A DNA stretch of 36,212 nucleotides from an uncultured Mycoplasmatales bacterium (GCA_964538585.1 CAZIEX010000003.1:1-36212), one strand, 5' to 3'. Counted from the stretch's first letter, positions 9,263-20,518 are shown. A program made the numbers and translations. The notes: a model not told the origin generated them from the letters alone.

Positions 9263-10443
9263 TGTTTTATTTCAACTAAATATGAAGAATTATCATTATG
9301 AGAAGAAAGCTTGTTTATGATTCTACTACATTGAGATAATTCTAAAATCTTATTATTATCTAAAATATAAATAGGTTCTCTATCTTTGTGATAGATTTCA
9401 GTAATTTTTGGGCTAACAATCCCACAAAAATAAGACTTATTAATTTTGGTAGATTTTTTATTAACTCTTTTAATAGAAATTAAAAGATTATTGTTATAAG
9501 CCTTGTATAAGTTTTTTAAAATTTCATCATCTTCATAATGAAGAGATTCAATGAATGATAAGAAAATATAATCATCAAGTTGTAAAAATTGTTCAGTAGT
9601 AAATATCTTGTTTTCAAATAAAGGGATAAAAAATTTGAATAAGCCATATGAATCTTTAAACTCAAAGTTTTGCTTATATAAATCTTTTACTCTTCTAAAA
9701 ATTTGTTCTACTAAAAAATCTTTAGCAATGATTTTTGGATTGTTATAAACTTGCTTATACATATGATAACGACCAATAAGCAAATTTTCTATATCACCAA
9801 CTGCTTTTTTATTAAAAACAATATTTCCATTGATTAAATTAGCTTCTTTAATTAAGTAATCAGGATTTATTTGACCAAAAGCAGCTCCAGTATATCAACT
9901 ATCTCGCATTAGATAATCCATTCGATCAGCATCTATTTGAGAGTCAATTAATTCAGTCGCTCATTTAAATTTAGATTTTGTTGATAATATTTTGATTACT
10001 TCATCCAAATTTATATTGTGTTTTTTTAAAATTTTGTAAATATTTCCTTTAGGATTAGTGAAAATTAGTTTTGAATATTGCTCATGAGAAATATTTGTAT
10101 ATTTTTCAAATGAGTGAGAAAGTGGTCCATGACCCAAATCATGTATCAAAGCAGCACAAAGAAGATGCTTTGATTCTTCAGGGTATAGCTGGTTTAGTTT
10201 TAACTGATTTATAAATTTTTTAGTTATTTGATAAGTACCTAATGAATGTGACAATCTAGTATGAGTTGCAGATGGAAAGAAACAATAAGTTAGACCTAAT
10301 TGATGTATTCTTGATAATCTTTGAAATTCAGGTGTTTCAACTAATTCATGCATCCAATAATTTTCATCTTTGAATGAAATGGTTTTTAGAATTGGGTCAA
10401 CAAAAAACGATTGTTTTAAATAATTTTTATTTGCGTTCTTCAT
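9259..10443 (-). CDS. HD-domain dNTP triphosphohydrolase-like protein (SAMHD1/EF1143-type, 394 aa)
   Basis: RLSHSLGT, HDLGHGPLSH and DADRMDYLMRDSW motifs. The two track fragments are in the same frame and are joined through TGA. Confidence 0.8.
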
Positions 10444-11356
10444 TTTCAGATATTAATACAATTGGATCTTTAAATTTAATTGCAACGATAAGAGCATCAG
10501 AACCAGCATGAGCCATTAAAACATTGGGAAATTGTTCTTCATAAATTGTTGAAGAATTACCATATATATTTTTAAATCATTTTTTAGTATCCTCAATTTC
10601 TTCTGAACTCACTAATTTATTTTCAATAAACATAATATCTTTGATTAATTCTGGCTTAAGTTCATTTTTAATTGAATTTTCAAAATACTTCAAAATTTTA
10701 TTATTAATAGATTTTGCACTAAATAAAATTTTGTAAAATCTCATTCCTCTAACATCTAAAGAAACCATTATTTTACTGTTAATAGAATTTAGAATATATC
10801 CAGATAATCGACCAAGTCTTCCACCTTTGAATAGAAACCTTGGACTATTTACAACCATAATACCAATTATTTTGCTTTTAGCTATTTCTGCATATTCTTC
10901 AGCTCAATCTTTGGTTAATATTCCTTCATCTCTTGCTTTAATAAAATCATCAATAAAAAATTTAAACATTGGGCCACCCATATGATTTTTTATGATGTAG
11001 ACATTTCTATATTCTGAAGCAACTATTTGTCAAGTATTTTCACTTCCTGAAACTGTTTTAGTGATTGGTAATACATAAATTTCATCATATGAATCTGTCA
11101 ATCTATCTAGTAGATCAATAATTTCACCAGCAGAAGCTTGTGATGTAGTGATAGTGTAGTTTTTATCTTCTAATCATTCCATCATTTGTTTTTGATCACA
11201 TTCATTCTCTTTATAAGATTTTGTATTATTTTGTCCATTTTCACTATTTTTATTTTCAACGTTGATTATTAAAGGCAAGACATAAAAATCAGGAAATTGT
11301 TCATTTTTATATCCTGAAGAGGAATCAGTAATAATAGCTATTCTTTTTTTATCCAT
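10427..11356 (-). CDS. degV: DegV family fatty-acid-binding protein (309 aa)
   Basis: N-terminal IAIITDSSSG and C-terminal MAHAGSDAL. A GGAGGAG SD lies 7 nt upstream. The 3' end overlaps the HD gene start by 17 nt. Confidence 0.85.
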
Positions 11357-11359
11357 TTT

Positions 11360-12232
11360 TTACTCCTCCAAATATATTGCAAATACGTCATCTCCAGTAT
11401 GGGAACAAATAATTCCAGGAAGTTCACCAAATGAATATTGACAATTTGCAGTTTTTGTTTTTTCTTTCAATAATTCAATAATTTTTAAGAAATCTTTATT
11501 TTCTTTTTGTGTAGGAGGACAAATAAATGCAATTCTTTTTACTTTGTTAATATCGAATTCTGATTGTCTGATTTGATTTTCTTCTAATATCAAATCTAGA
11601 CCTTTTTCAACAGATTTAGTTGTTTTAAAGAAATTAAGTCCATCATTATCAAGAGTGATGATAATTTTTAAACCCAATAAATTAGCAACTAGAGATTTAA
11701 GATTGCTAACTCTTCCACCAAGAACTAATTGTGATAAATCATTAACAAACAAATATCCACGCTTGTGTTTATTGATTTCATCCATATATTTTTTGAATGA
11801 ATCATCATTCAATAGATTAGATTTAACCATTTTTAATAAATCTAAAATTGTTCATTCTAATCCAAGAGTCACATCATATTGTTCATACACAAATAATTTT
11901 GGATAATCATTAGCAAGAATTTTTCAAGTTGATAAACTACCAGAAATTTTGCTAGGAATGGGTAAAACATAAATTCGATCATATTTATCATAAATTGATT
12001 CAACTAAACTTACAATTTCCCCCATAGATGCTTGTGAAGTTTTAATCAATGTATTTTTTTCATTTAATTTCTTACATATTTCTAGTAAAGATATATCTTC
12101 ATTATCATGATATGTTTTGATATTTCCATCTTTATCTTGTATTGAAACAATTAATGGAAGAACATAAACATCAGGATATTGAGAATTCTTGATTCCACTA
12201 CTAGAATCAACAATAAAACCAATTTTGTCCAT
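11360..12232 (-). CDS. degV: DegV family fatty-acid-binding protein (290 aa), tandem paralogue
   Basis: IGFIVDSSSG N-terminus. The fragments at 11360.. and 11924.. share a frame. Confidence 0.85.
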
Positions 12233-12240
12233 GATTTTAG

Positions 12241-12246
12241 ATTATA
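12241..12246 (-). promoter_or_regulatory. -10 box TATAAT, 8 nt upstream of the degV ATG (12232)
   Basis: Left half of the palindrome ATTATATATAAT. Confidence 0.45.
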
Positions 12247-12252
12247 TATAAT
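12247..12252 (+). promoter_or_regulatory. -10 box TATAAT, 9 nt upstream of the ytpR-like ATG (12262)
   Basis: Right half of the palindrome ATTATATATAAT. Confidence 0.45.
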
Positions 12253-12261
12253 CTACTTACC

Positions 12262-12861
12262 ATGATTGGGGTATTTTACAATAAATCAACTTTAAATAAC
12301 ACTTTAGTAGTTAATTTAAGTGATAAACCAATTGATCATATTAGTAATACTGATTTATTTTCAATTATGTATGATAAAGAAAATAAGATTCTTGGATTAA
12401 ATATTTTAAATTGAAATAATGTCTATCCTGAATGTCCAATTGGTTTTTTACATTTAACACCTAATATTTGTAATTTTATTAAGATTATTACAAAAATTGA
12501 TTTGTTTGAATATTTAGATTCAAATGATTTTGTTATTGGACAAGTTGTAAAGTGTGTTGAAATACCTAATACTCATTTACATAGTACTGAAGTTAATATT
12601 GGTAGTGAAACATTGAATATTGTTTGTGGTGCTAAAAACGTAAGAGAGGGTTTAAAGGTAGTAGTGGCTAAAATTGGAACCATATTGCCTAATGGTTTTA
12701 GAATCAAACCCTCTGAATTAATGGGATATAAATCATTTGGAATGCTTTGTAGCACCAAAGAACTTAATATTCAAGGTAAATTCAATGATCAAGGTATTAT
12801 TGAATTATCTGATAAATATAAAGTAGGATCTAAATTTTTGGATTTATTTTCTAATAAATAG
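12262..12861 (+). CDS. ytpR: YtpR-like stand-alone tRNA-binding-domain protein (199 aa)
   Basis: The C-terminal half (GQVVKCVEIPNTHLHSTEVNIGSETLNIVCGAKNV...) resembles the PheT/CsaA tRNA-binding fold. The N-terminal 80 codons are recovered by reading a TGA as Trp. Confidence 0.75.
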
Positions 12862-13690
12862 ATTTGGGGTTTGGTAATAACCTAAAAGAATATTTTTATT
12901 GCTTTTTTTCTTACTAATATTTCATCATTTGGTTTTTTGCAAACCATATTCAAATCAATGTAAGGCTTCAATTATTAGTAATCCACCAATTGCTAGTATC
13001 ACCATACATCATTCTCAGCTTATTTTTAATATATCCATAACTGCTTCATATTCTCCACCTGGTAATCAATCAGCAGGTAACAAGCCGGTAACATGATCAG
13101 TAATTTTTCCATTAAAGCAAATCATTACTAAACAAATGTATAAAAAATAAAATGCTAAAACTGCTAAAGTTCATAAGCAAGTTTTTCATGAATCATTAGG
13201 TGTATTAAGTAATATTAGCATTCCTGTAAAAGCATTTAAAAAATGAATTAAGAAATATGCTTCATTCGGAGATATACCAAAGAAAATATATTGAATAGTT
13301 CATGATGCTTGCGGATCAAAAGCTATTCCTCCAGTGATAGTTAATAATCCTCCAAATAAAGAACAAGGTGCAATATATAAAGCAATTTTTCTATTTGGAT
13401 TAATTATTACTACAGGATGTAATAGGAAGCAAAATGCTGGACACAAATCTAGCATAAACACTTTAGATATGTAAATACTTTCTACATATTCATATCCTGT
13501 TCTCCATTCATTAATCAGATTTTTTAGGTCTATTGAAAATCTAAAAGCAATTATTAGACTTAAACAAATAGTTCCATAAATAATTCAAAACAAATAAGAA
13601 TTTGTAATTTTTCTTATAAAATGGATGAATTAATACTACAAAAAGAAGTATTAATCATGTGGATAGAGTAAGTCCGGCACCAGCACTCAT
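12844..13690 (-). pseudogene. YwaF/TMEM164-like polytopic membrane protein, apparently interrupted by a +1 frameshift near 13618..13621
   Basis: The ATG at 13690, 4 nt after the pyrG stop, opens a 48-codon frame (MSAGAGLTLSTWLILLFVVLIHPF...). The rest (IRKITNSYLFWIIYG...MLDLCPAFCFLL...) continues in the +1 frame down to 12844. Total length is 847 nt, which is 3n+1. Removing one T from the TTTT run restores a 282-codon ORF. The alternative is an intact 249-aa gene starting at the TTG at 13593. Confidence 0.5.
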
Positions 13691-13694
13691 TTAA

Positions 13695-15311
13695 TTATGA
13701 CTTATGAATTGATTTTTTGATAAATTCACAAAAAATAGGATCAGTATCATCTGGTCTACTACTAAATTCTGGATGGTATTGACAACCCATATAAAAAGTA
13801 TTAGTAGGAACCTCTACTATTTCAGCAATTAATAAATTTCGATAGTAATGTCGACTGATTCCAGAAACAATCATTCCTTTTTGTTCTAACAATTTCATAT
13901 ATTCTTCATTTATTAAACCATAACGGTGTCGATGTCTTTGCATAATATATGGATATTTGTAAAGATCACTAGCTTTTGTCTTTTCAATAATTTTACATTC
14001 TTGGTTACCTAATCTAAGATCACCATCTATTAACTGAATAATAGGGTTACTAGTCTCTTTATTAAATTCATATGAATTAGCATCTTGTAATTTTAAAACA
14101 TTACGGGCAAATTCAATAACCATTAATTGCATACCTAGACATATACCAAGTGTTGGAATATTTTTGATTCTTAAATACTTGAAAATAGAAATTATTTCTT
14201 CTGAACCTCTTTCACCAAAACCACCAGGCACAACTACACCATGGATTCCTCTAAATGTTTTAGAATAATCTTTTTGTTTTAATTCATCTGCTTCAATTCA
14301 TTTCAATTTAACTTTAACATTATTTATATACCCAGCAAATTTAATTGCTTCTATTAGTGATGCATAAGAATCATGTAAATTAATATATTTACCAACAAGA
14401 CCTATATTAATAGTATTTTCAATACTATTAATTTTATGTGTATATGAAGTTCATTTTAAAAAAAGTTGATCATTCTTTTTAGAACAAGGAAGGTTGAAAT
14501 AATGAAGAATATATTCATGAATTTTTTGCTTGTAAAATTGTTTAGGTAAATCATAAATACTCTTTACATCTTGTGCTAAAAAAATTGCTTTTTCTTCGAT
14601 ATGGGAATTAAAAGCTAATTTTGTAATAGTATTTGTATCAGGTTTTAAGTGAGAACGCAAAATCAATAAGTTAGGATAAATTCCACCACTTCTTAATTCT
14701 TTTAATGAATGCTGAGTTGGTTTGGTCTTAATTTCACCACTTGTGGAATTTAAATAAATTAATGGAGATACTAAACATGATAAAAGATTTTGTGCTCCAA
14801 TTTCACTAGTTAATTGACTAATACTTTCAACAAAGGGTACAGATTCAATGTCTCCAATTGTACCACCAACTTCAATTAATAAAAAATCAGGATTTTCTAA
14901 ATGAATAATTTTATAAATGTGTTCTTTAATATAGTTGGTTACATGAGGAATAACTTGAACAGTTTTCCCTTTAAAACCACCTGTTCTTTCTTTGGTGATA
15001 ATATCAAAATATATTCTTCCAGATGTTAAATTAGAAAATCTAGTCAAATCACGATTAAGAAATCTTTCATAATTACCAACATCTAAATCAGTTTGTGCGC
15101 CATCAGCAGTTACATAAACCTCCCCATGTTGACTTGGAGTCATAGTTTCAGGATCTACATTTAGATAAGGATCCATTTTTAAAATACTTACTTTGTAGTT
15201 TAAATTACTTAGGATTTTTCCTATAGATGAAGTGCATATTCCTTTACCTAAAGAACTATATACTCCACCAAATACAACTATTATTTTCACTTTTAGATCT
15301 TTAGGTTCCAT
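13695..15311 (-). CDS. pyrG: CTP synthase (538 aa)
   Basis: GGVYSSLGKG N-terminal motif and the glutamine amidotransferase GICLGMQ / HRHRY motifs. The fragments share a frame. Confidence 0.95.
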
Positions 15312-15356
15312 AAAATATATTTATATTTTAATATTAAGATTTTGAATAATCAATGA

Positions 15357-15364
15357 TGTATAAT
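15357..15364 (+). promoter_or_regulatory. TATAAT -10 box (15359..15364) preceded by TG, 7 nt upstream of the flavodoxin ATG
   Basis: TGTATAAT read directly in the 60-nt divergent pyrG/flavodoxin intergenic region. The TG abuts the hexamer, so this is not the canonical TGnTATAAT extended -10 spacing. Confidence 0.45.
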
Positions 15365-15371
15365 TTTTAAT

Positions 15372-15902
15372 ATGAAAAAAAGAATAGTTATTTATTTTTC
15401 ACATTCTGGTGAAAATTGATCAAAATCTGGATTAGTAGTGTTAAAAGAAGGCTTTACTAAAAATTTAGCAAAATTTATTCAAAAGCAGCTTGGATCAGAT
15501 ATTTTTGAAATTGAAGAATCTATTCCATATACTTTAGAAAGTTATGATGAATGTGTAAAAGAATCTAGACCACATTTTAAAGAATATAAATTAGTTCCAA
15601 TTAAAAAATATTTAGAAAATTTAGAAGATTATGATGAAATATTCTTAGGTTTTCCTATTTGGTTTGGGACTTACCCAATGCCAGTAGCTACTTTCTTTAA
15701 TAAATACAACTTAAAAAATAAAAAGGTGAACCTTTTTGTAACTCATGGTGGAGGTGGAAAATCAAGAAGCTTAGAGGATGTGAAAAATAAATTATTGCCT
15801 AATTGCGATATTGATGATAAACCACTTGTAATTTTTGGTGATACCAATCTATTATTTGATAATGAAAAAACTATTTTAAATTGAATAAAAGAGCATGAGT
15901 AA
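15372..15902 (+). CDS. Flavodoxin-family protein (176 aa)
   Basis: MKKRIVIYFSHSGENW... is a flavodoxin-like N-terminus. Extended at both ends of the track ORF through TGA codons. Overlaps the tatD start by 8 nt. Confidence 0.75.
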
Positions 15903-16710
15903 ATATATTGATTTATTCTCTAAATTAAATGAATATGAATATTTTGATATTCATGCACATTTAAACTCTAACCCATTATTGCAGCAAGCGGATTTAATTA
16001 TTGATATTTGTAAAAATGAAAAGATTTTAATCAATAATGCTGGTACTGAGCTAATTGACTCATTAGAAGCTATTAATCAAGCAAAAAAATATGACAATGT
16101 TTTTGCAATGATTGGAATTCATCCTATGTGTATTGAAGAAACTAAATCATGTGAATATTATGTTCATGAATTAGAACAGCTATATATAAAGAATAAAGAA
16201 TACATTCTATGTTTAGGTGAAATTGGGTTAGAGTTAACTAGTAATCAAATAGCTTATGAAAAACAAAAGAAATTATTAATTATGCTTTTTGATTTAGCTA
16301 GAAAATATAGTTTACCAATTGAAATGCATATTAGAAATGCTAATGAAGATGCAATCCAAATAATAAAACAATATGGTCAAGGTTTGAAAATATTAATTCA
16401 CTGTTTTGCTTTAGGATATGATATTGCAAAACAGTATTTGAATCTTGGCTGCTATTTATCTATAAATGGGATTATTACATTTGAAAAGAAAAATGATGAT
16501 ATTTTAAAAGCAATACCTAAAATCTCTTATAATCGAATTTTATTAGAAACTGATTGCCCATATTTAACACCAGTTCCTTATCGTGGGAAACAAAATAACC
16601 CTAGATATGTTAAATTGATATTTAATAAATTAAAAGCTCTTTGAGATTTATCAGATAATGAATTAAAAGACCAATTAAAAAAGAATGCAATATCTTTCTT
16701 TGAAAGATAA
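15895..16710 (+). CDS. tatD: TatD-family metal-dependent DNase/hydrolase (271 aa)
   Basis: DIHAHL, GEIGLE, HCF and ETDCPYL motifs. Confidence 0.9.
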
Positions 16711-16711
16711 C

Positions 16712-17446
16712 TTATAAATTTTTAAAGAATTCATCTGCTTTAGTATTGAAATAATAGTCAACAATTTGTGAGGTATATTGAGTAGTATTGGGATTGACTT
16801 CAATAACTATTAAATTTTGGTTATTACTTTTAGCTATAAAAGGTAATGAATTGGCTGGAGAAACTTCTCCAGAAGTTCCAATAATTAGTAAAACATCTGC
16901 TTTAAATATACATTCAAGTGATTGTTGATAAACCTTGTTATTAATACCTTCTCCATAAAAAATAAAATTTGGTTTTAAAACACTATTACATTTAGGACAT
17001 TTTGGTGGTAATGAAGACAAATCAACATTATCAATTAAAGCTTCATAATCACATTTTGTACAAATTAATTTACTACAAGTTCCATGAAATTCAAAAACAT
17101 TTCTAGAACCTGCTAGTTGATGAAGATTATCAATATTTTGGGTAATTACACCTATTACTTTTTTATCTTTTTCCATTTTAGCTATTACTTTATGAGCATA
17201 AGTTGGTTTTGCGTTTTTTAACAAGTGTTTATAAAATATTTCTTTAATTTCTATTCAAGATTCTAGTGGATGCTTATAAAAGAAATCTAATTCAATAAAT
17301 TTAGGGTCATATTTAGTTCATAATCCATTAATACCAGTAAAAGCAGGGATACCTGCTGATGTAGATATTCCTGCTCCAGTGAAAACAACAATTTTATGAT
17401 TTTGATTTAAAATTTTAGAAACGGTTTTTCAATCATTTAAAATCAT
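16712..17446 (-). CDS. cobB: NAD-dependent protein deacylase, Sir2 family (244 aa)
   Basis: GAGISTSAGIPAF, QNIDNLH and FEFHGT (catalytic His) motifs, plus a CTKC...CPKC zinc ribbon. The N-terminal 74 codons are recovered through TGA codons. Confidence 0.85.
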
Positions 17447-19056
17447 TATTTATTAACTCTTACTTTTTCTCAAAGTAATGGTTGATTATATGTTTTGTTT
17501 GTTAATTTAATGATTAGATCATTTAAGAAAGGGAATACAAAGAATAAGACTGCTGTACCCCAGAATATTCCAGCTGCTGCAGCAGCTGATAATGCAACTT
17601 TATTATCATAGAAAAGACCCCAAGAACATGAAGCACCAGAATGAATAATAGGATTTAGAAAGTAAGTCCAAATCATTGAGTAACCACCTATAAATGCACA
17701 ACCCACAAAAGAAACAATTGCAAATGTTCTTCTAAATTTTTGATGAGATACTTCTGAGGTAGGAACTTTGTTTTTTCATACCATCATTAATGGAACAAAA
17801 CCATAAATTAGAAAGAAGAATACAACAACTAAATTGCTTAGTCCATCAACTATCTGATCATTTTGCAAAATAAGTGATGGAATCGAAGCAATTATGAAGA
17901 AGAAAATTTGGATAATTCCCATTAAAATTGCTCCACCTAATAATTTACTTTTTCTACCATTTGTAATTTTTTTGAATCAACCACTAAATGCAATTACGTT
18001 TTCATTAATTGATGCTTGTGCAGAGCGAATTGCAGCTAAACAAATTGAATTTACTACACCAAAAATAGCAATAAATAATAATGCTGACATAATAATACTA
18101 AACACTTTAATACCAGTTGAGTTACCATTCAATAGAACACTAGCTAAATCATAAGGGTTACCACAACCACAACATAATTCAGCAACAGTGATAAGTAAAT
18201 ATAGTCCTCCACTAATAACCATTGATAAGATAACAGAAAGAGGAACATTTTTTTCTGGTTTTTTTACACTCCCAGAAATATTACCAACAATTAAGAATGA
18301 ATCAAAAGCAAATAAAATTGCAGGTAATGAATCTAACATTCCTGTGAAAGTAAAGCTTCCATCATATTGTCCACTAGTATTGTAAATATTTCCTGGATAG
18401 ACAAATAAGTTAAATTGACTTCCATAAGAACTTCCAGCACAAACAAAACCACAAACAATAACCAAAATAATTGGAGCAAATTTAACTAATGATACAACAC
18501 TAGACATTTTTGTTGTTAATGTCTCAGATAAAACATTGACTATCATAAATGCAGCAATAATTACAACACTTAGCAATACAATTCAACCATAATTAATGTT
18601 ATCAATAGATGAATGGTCAATTGTTCTTGAGTAAATATTAAAAATAGCTTCTGATAAAAATACAGACATTGCTAGTAGATAAATTGAATAGTAGAACAAA
18701 GGATAATCAAGTTTTACAAATCTTGAAAATCGATATCCTACATACCTTTCACTTCAACCAGCTAATCCAGCATTTGCTACTTTCGTTTTAGCCCTAGTAA
18801 TTTCACCATATGAATAAGCTGTTGCTAAAGTAATCACAAGTACTATGATTCATGACAACAAAACACCATAAGGGTTACCATTATTACTTTTAAAAACACT
18901 ATTGTTTTTAAAGAATATTCCTATTCCAATAATAGCACCAATAATAACTCCAATAGCACCAAATAAACCAATTTTACCAGCAGTTTCAGTTTTTAAAGTG
19001 ATACTTGCTTCACTAGTTTTAGGTTCAGTGGATGAAAATGACTGTTGACTTGTCAT
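17446..19056 (-). CDS. APC-superfamily amino acid permease (536 aa)
   Basis: Three track fragments in one frame, polytopic and hydrophobic throughout. The track end at 17470 is a TGA. The true TAA stop at 17448..17446 shares one base with the cobB ATG (TAATG). Confidence 0.85.
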
Positions 19057-19074
19057 AATAAAAAACTTTCTTAA

Positions 19075-19449
19075 TTAATCTTTTTTAGCAATAACTTCAA
19101 TTTCAATCATTGCATCTTTTGGTAATTTTGCAACCTGAACACAACTACGCGCTGGTTTATGTTCAGCAAAATATTTACCATAAACTTCATTCACTTTTGC
19201 AAAATTATTCATATCAGTAATAAAAACAGTACTTTTAATTACATTATTCAAAGTGCAACCTTCAGATTTTAAAATAGCAATTATATTTTCTAAAGATTGT
19301 TTAGTTTGATTTTCAATACCTTCAACAAGATTTCCAGTAGTTGGATCAGCTGGAATTTGCCCAGAAGCAAAGATAAATCCATCAGCTTCTACAGCATGAC
19401 AATAAGGACCAATTGCTGCAGGTGCATTTTTAGCATTAATAATTTTCAT
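19075..19449 (-). CDS. ridA: RidA/YjgF-family reactive-intermediate deaminase (124 aa)
   Basis: APAAIGPYCHAV...PARSCVQVAKLP pattern. GGAG SD 7 nt upstream. Confidence 0.9.
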   Translation of the reverse strand: MKIINAKNAPAAIGPYCHAVEADGFIFASGQIPADPTTGNLVEGIENQTKQSLENIIAILKSEGCTLNNVIKSTVFITDMNNFAKVNEVYGKYFAEHKPARSCVQVAKLPKDAMIEIEVIAKKD

Positions 19450-19460
19450 AAATGTTCTCC

Positions 19461-19490
19461 AATAATCTTATTATAGAGAATAAGATTATT
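19461..19490 (-). other. Intergenic stem-loop: perfect 12-bp inverted repeat with a 6-nt loop between the ftsY stop and the ridA SD
   Basis: aataatcttatt-atagag-aataagattatt read directly. On the transcribed strand it is followed immediately by GGAG, not by a U-run. Confidence 0.5.
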
Positions 19491-19493
19491 ATT

Positions 19494-20516
19494 TTAAATA
19501 TTTATATTAGAAGTTAAGCCTTTAATAAATTTTTGTAAATCAAATTCTTGTAAATCATCAAATGATTCACCTAAACCAATAAATTTAACTGGTAAATTAA
19601 ATGCATCTTTTATAGCTAGAATAATTCCACCTTTAGAAGTACTGTCCATTTTAGTTAGGATAATTCCAGAAATTTTAGTGACTTCATTAAATGCTTTAGC
19701 TTGTAAAATACCAGATTGACCAGTAGTTGCATCAATAACAAGCAATGATTCGCAAGGTTGAGTAGAGTCAAATTTCTTGATTACTTGATCAATTTTCTTT
19801 AGTTCATTCATTAAATTAATTTTATTTTGTAATCTTCCAGAAGTATCACAAAGAACTATTTCTATTTTGTTATCTTTAGCATATTTAAGACCATTATAAA
19901 TGACGCTTGCAGGATCTTGATTTGGTCTTTCTGGAGTGAATATTTTTACATTTAGCCTTTCTGCTCAAATTTTTAGTTGTTCAACTGCTCCTGCTCTAAA
20001 TGTATCACCAGCAACTAAACAAATTGAATAACCTAATTTTTTGTAAAAATTAGTTAACTTAGCAATTGATGCAGTTTTACCAACACCATTTGCTCCAGTA
20101 ACTAAAATGACATTTAGTTGTCCTTTTTTAACATTTATAGAAGTATCAATATCAGTATTTTGAATGTAATAAACAAAAAGTTTATCCATAATAATTTCTT
20201 TGATAAGTTTTGGATCATCTACACGTTGATACTTAATTTCATCAATAATTGCAGACATAATTTTATTACATGCATCTGCACCAATGTCATAAAGAATTAA
20301 AGTTTCCTCAACTTCTTCAAGTAGTTCATCATCAATGTGTTGGTATTTTTTTGCAATTGAATTAATTGAATCATTTAAAGAATTAGAAGACTTTCTTAAT
20401 CCTTTATCAAATTTTTCTTGTGAAATATTAGATGATTCAAGATTTTTTTGAGTTACTGATTTAGTAACTTTATTTTTACTAGTAAAAAGTTTTTTAAGTT
20501 TAGTTCAAAGTGCCAT
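19494..20516 (-). CDS. ftsY: Signal recognition particle receptor FtsY (340 aa)
   Basis: GANGVGKT, AGDTFRAGA and TKMDSTSKGG motifs. The fragments share a frame. Confidence 0.95.
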
Positions 20517-20518
20517 AT

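Noticed and set aside
9259-10443. HD dNTPase-like gene as a defence (dNTP-depletion) system.
   Set aside because: This is a single conserved-looking gene inside a core gene array (trmB, degV). It has no island features or partner genes. It is more likely involved in nucleotide-pool housekeeping.
16712-17446. Sir2-domain protein as a possible anti-phage effector (Thoeris ThsA or DSR-like).
   Set aside because: It is a 244-aa stand-alone canonical sirtuin with the GAGIS...GIPxF motif, a catalytic His and a CxxC...CxxC zinc ribbon. It has no SLOG, TIR or other partner domain or gene, and it is embedded in a housekeeping operon. It looks like CobB.
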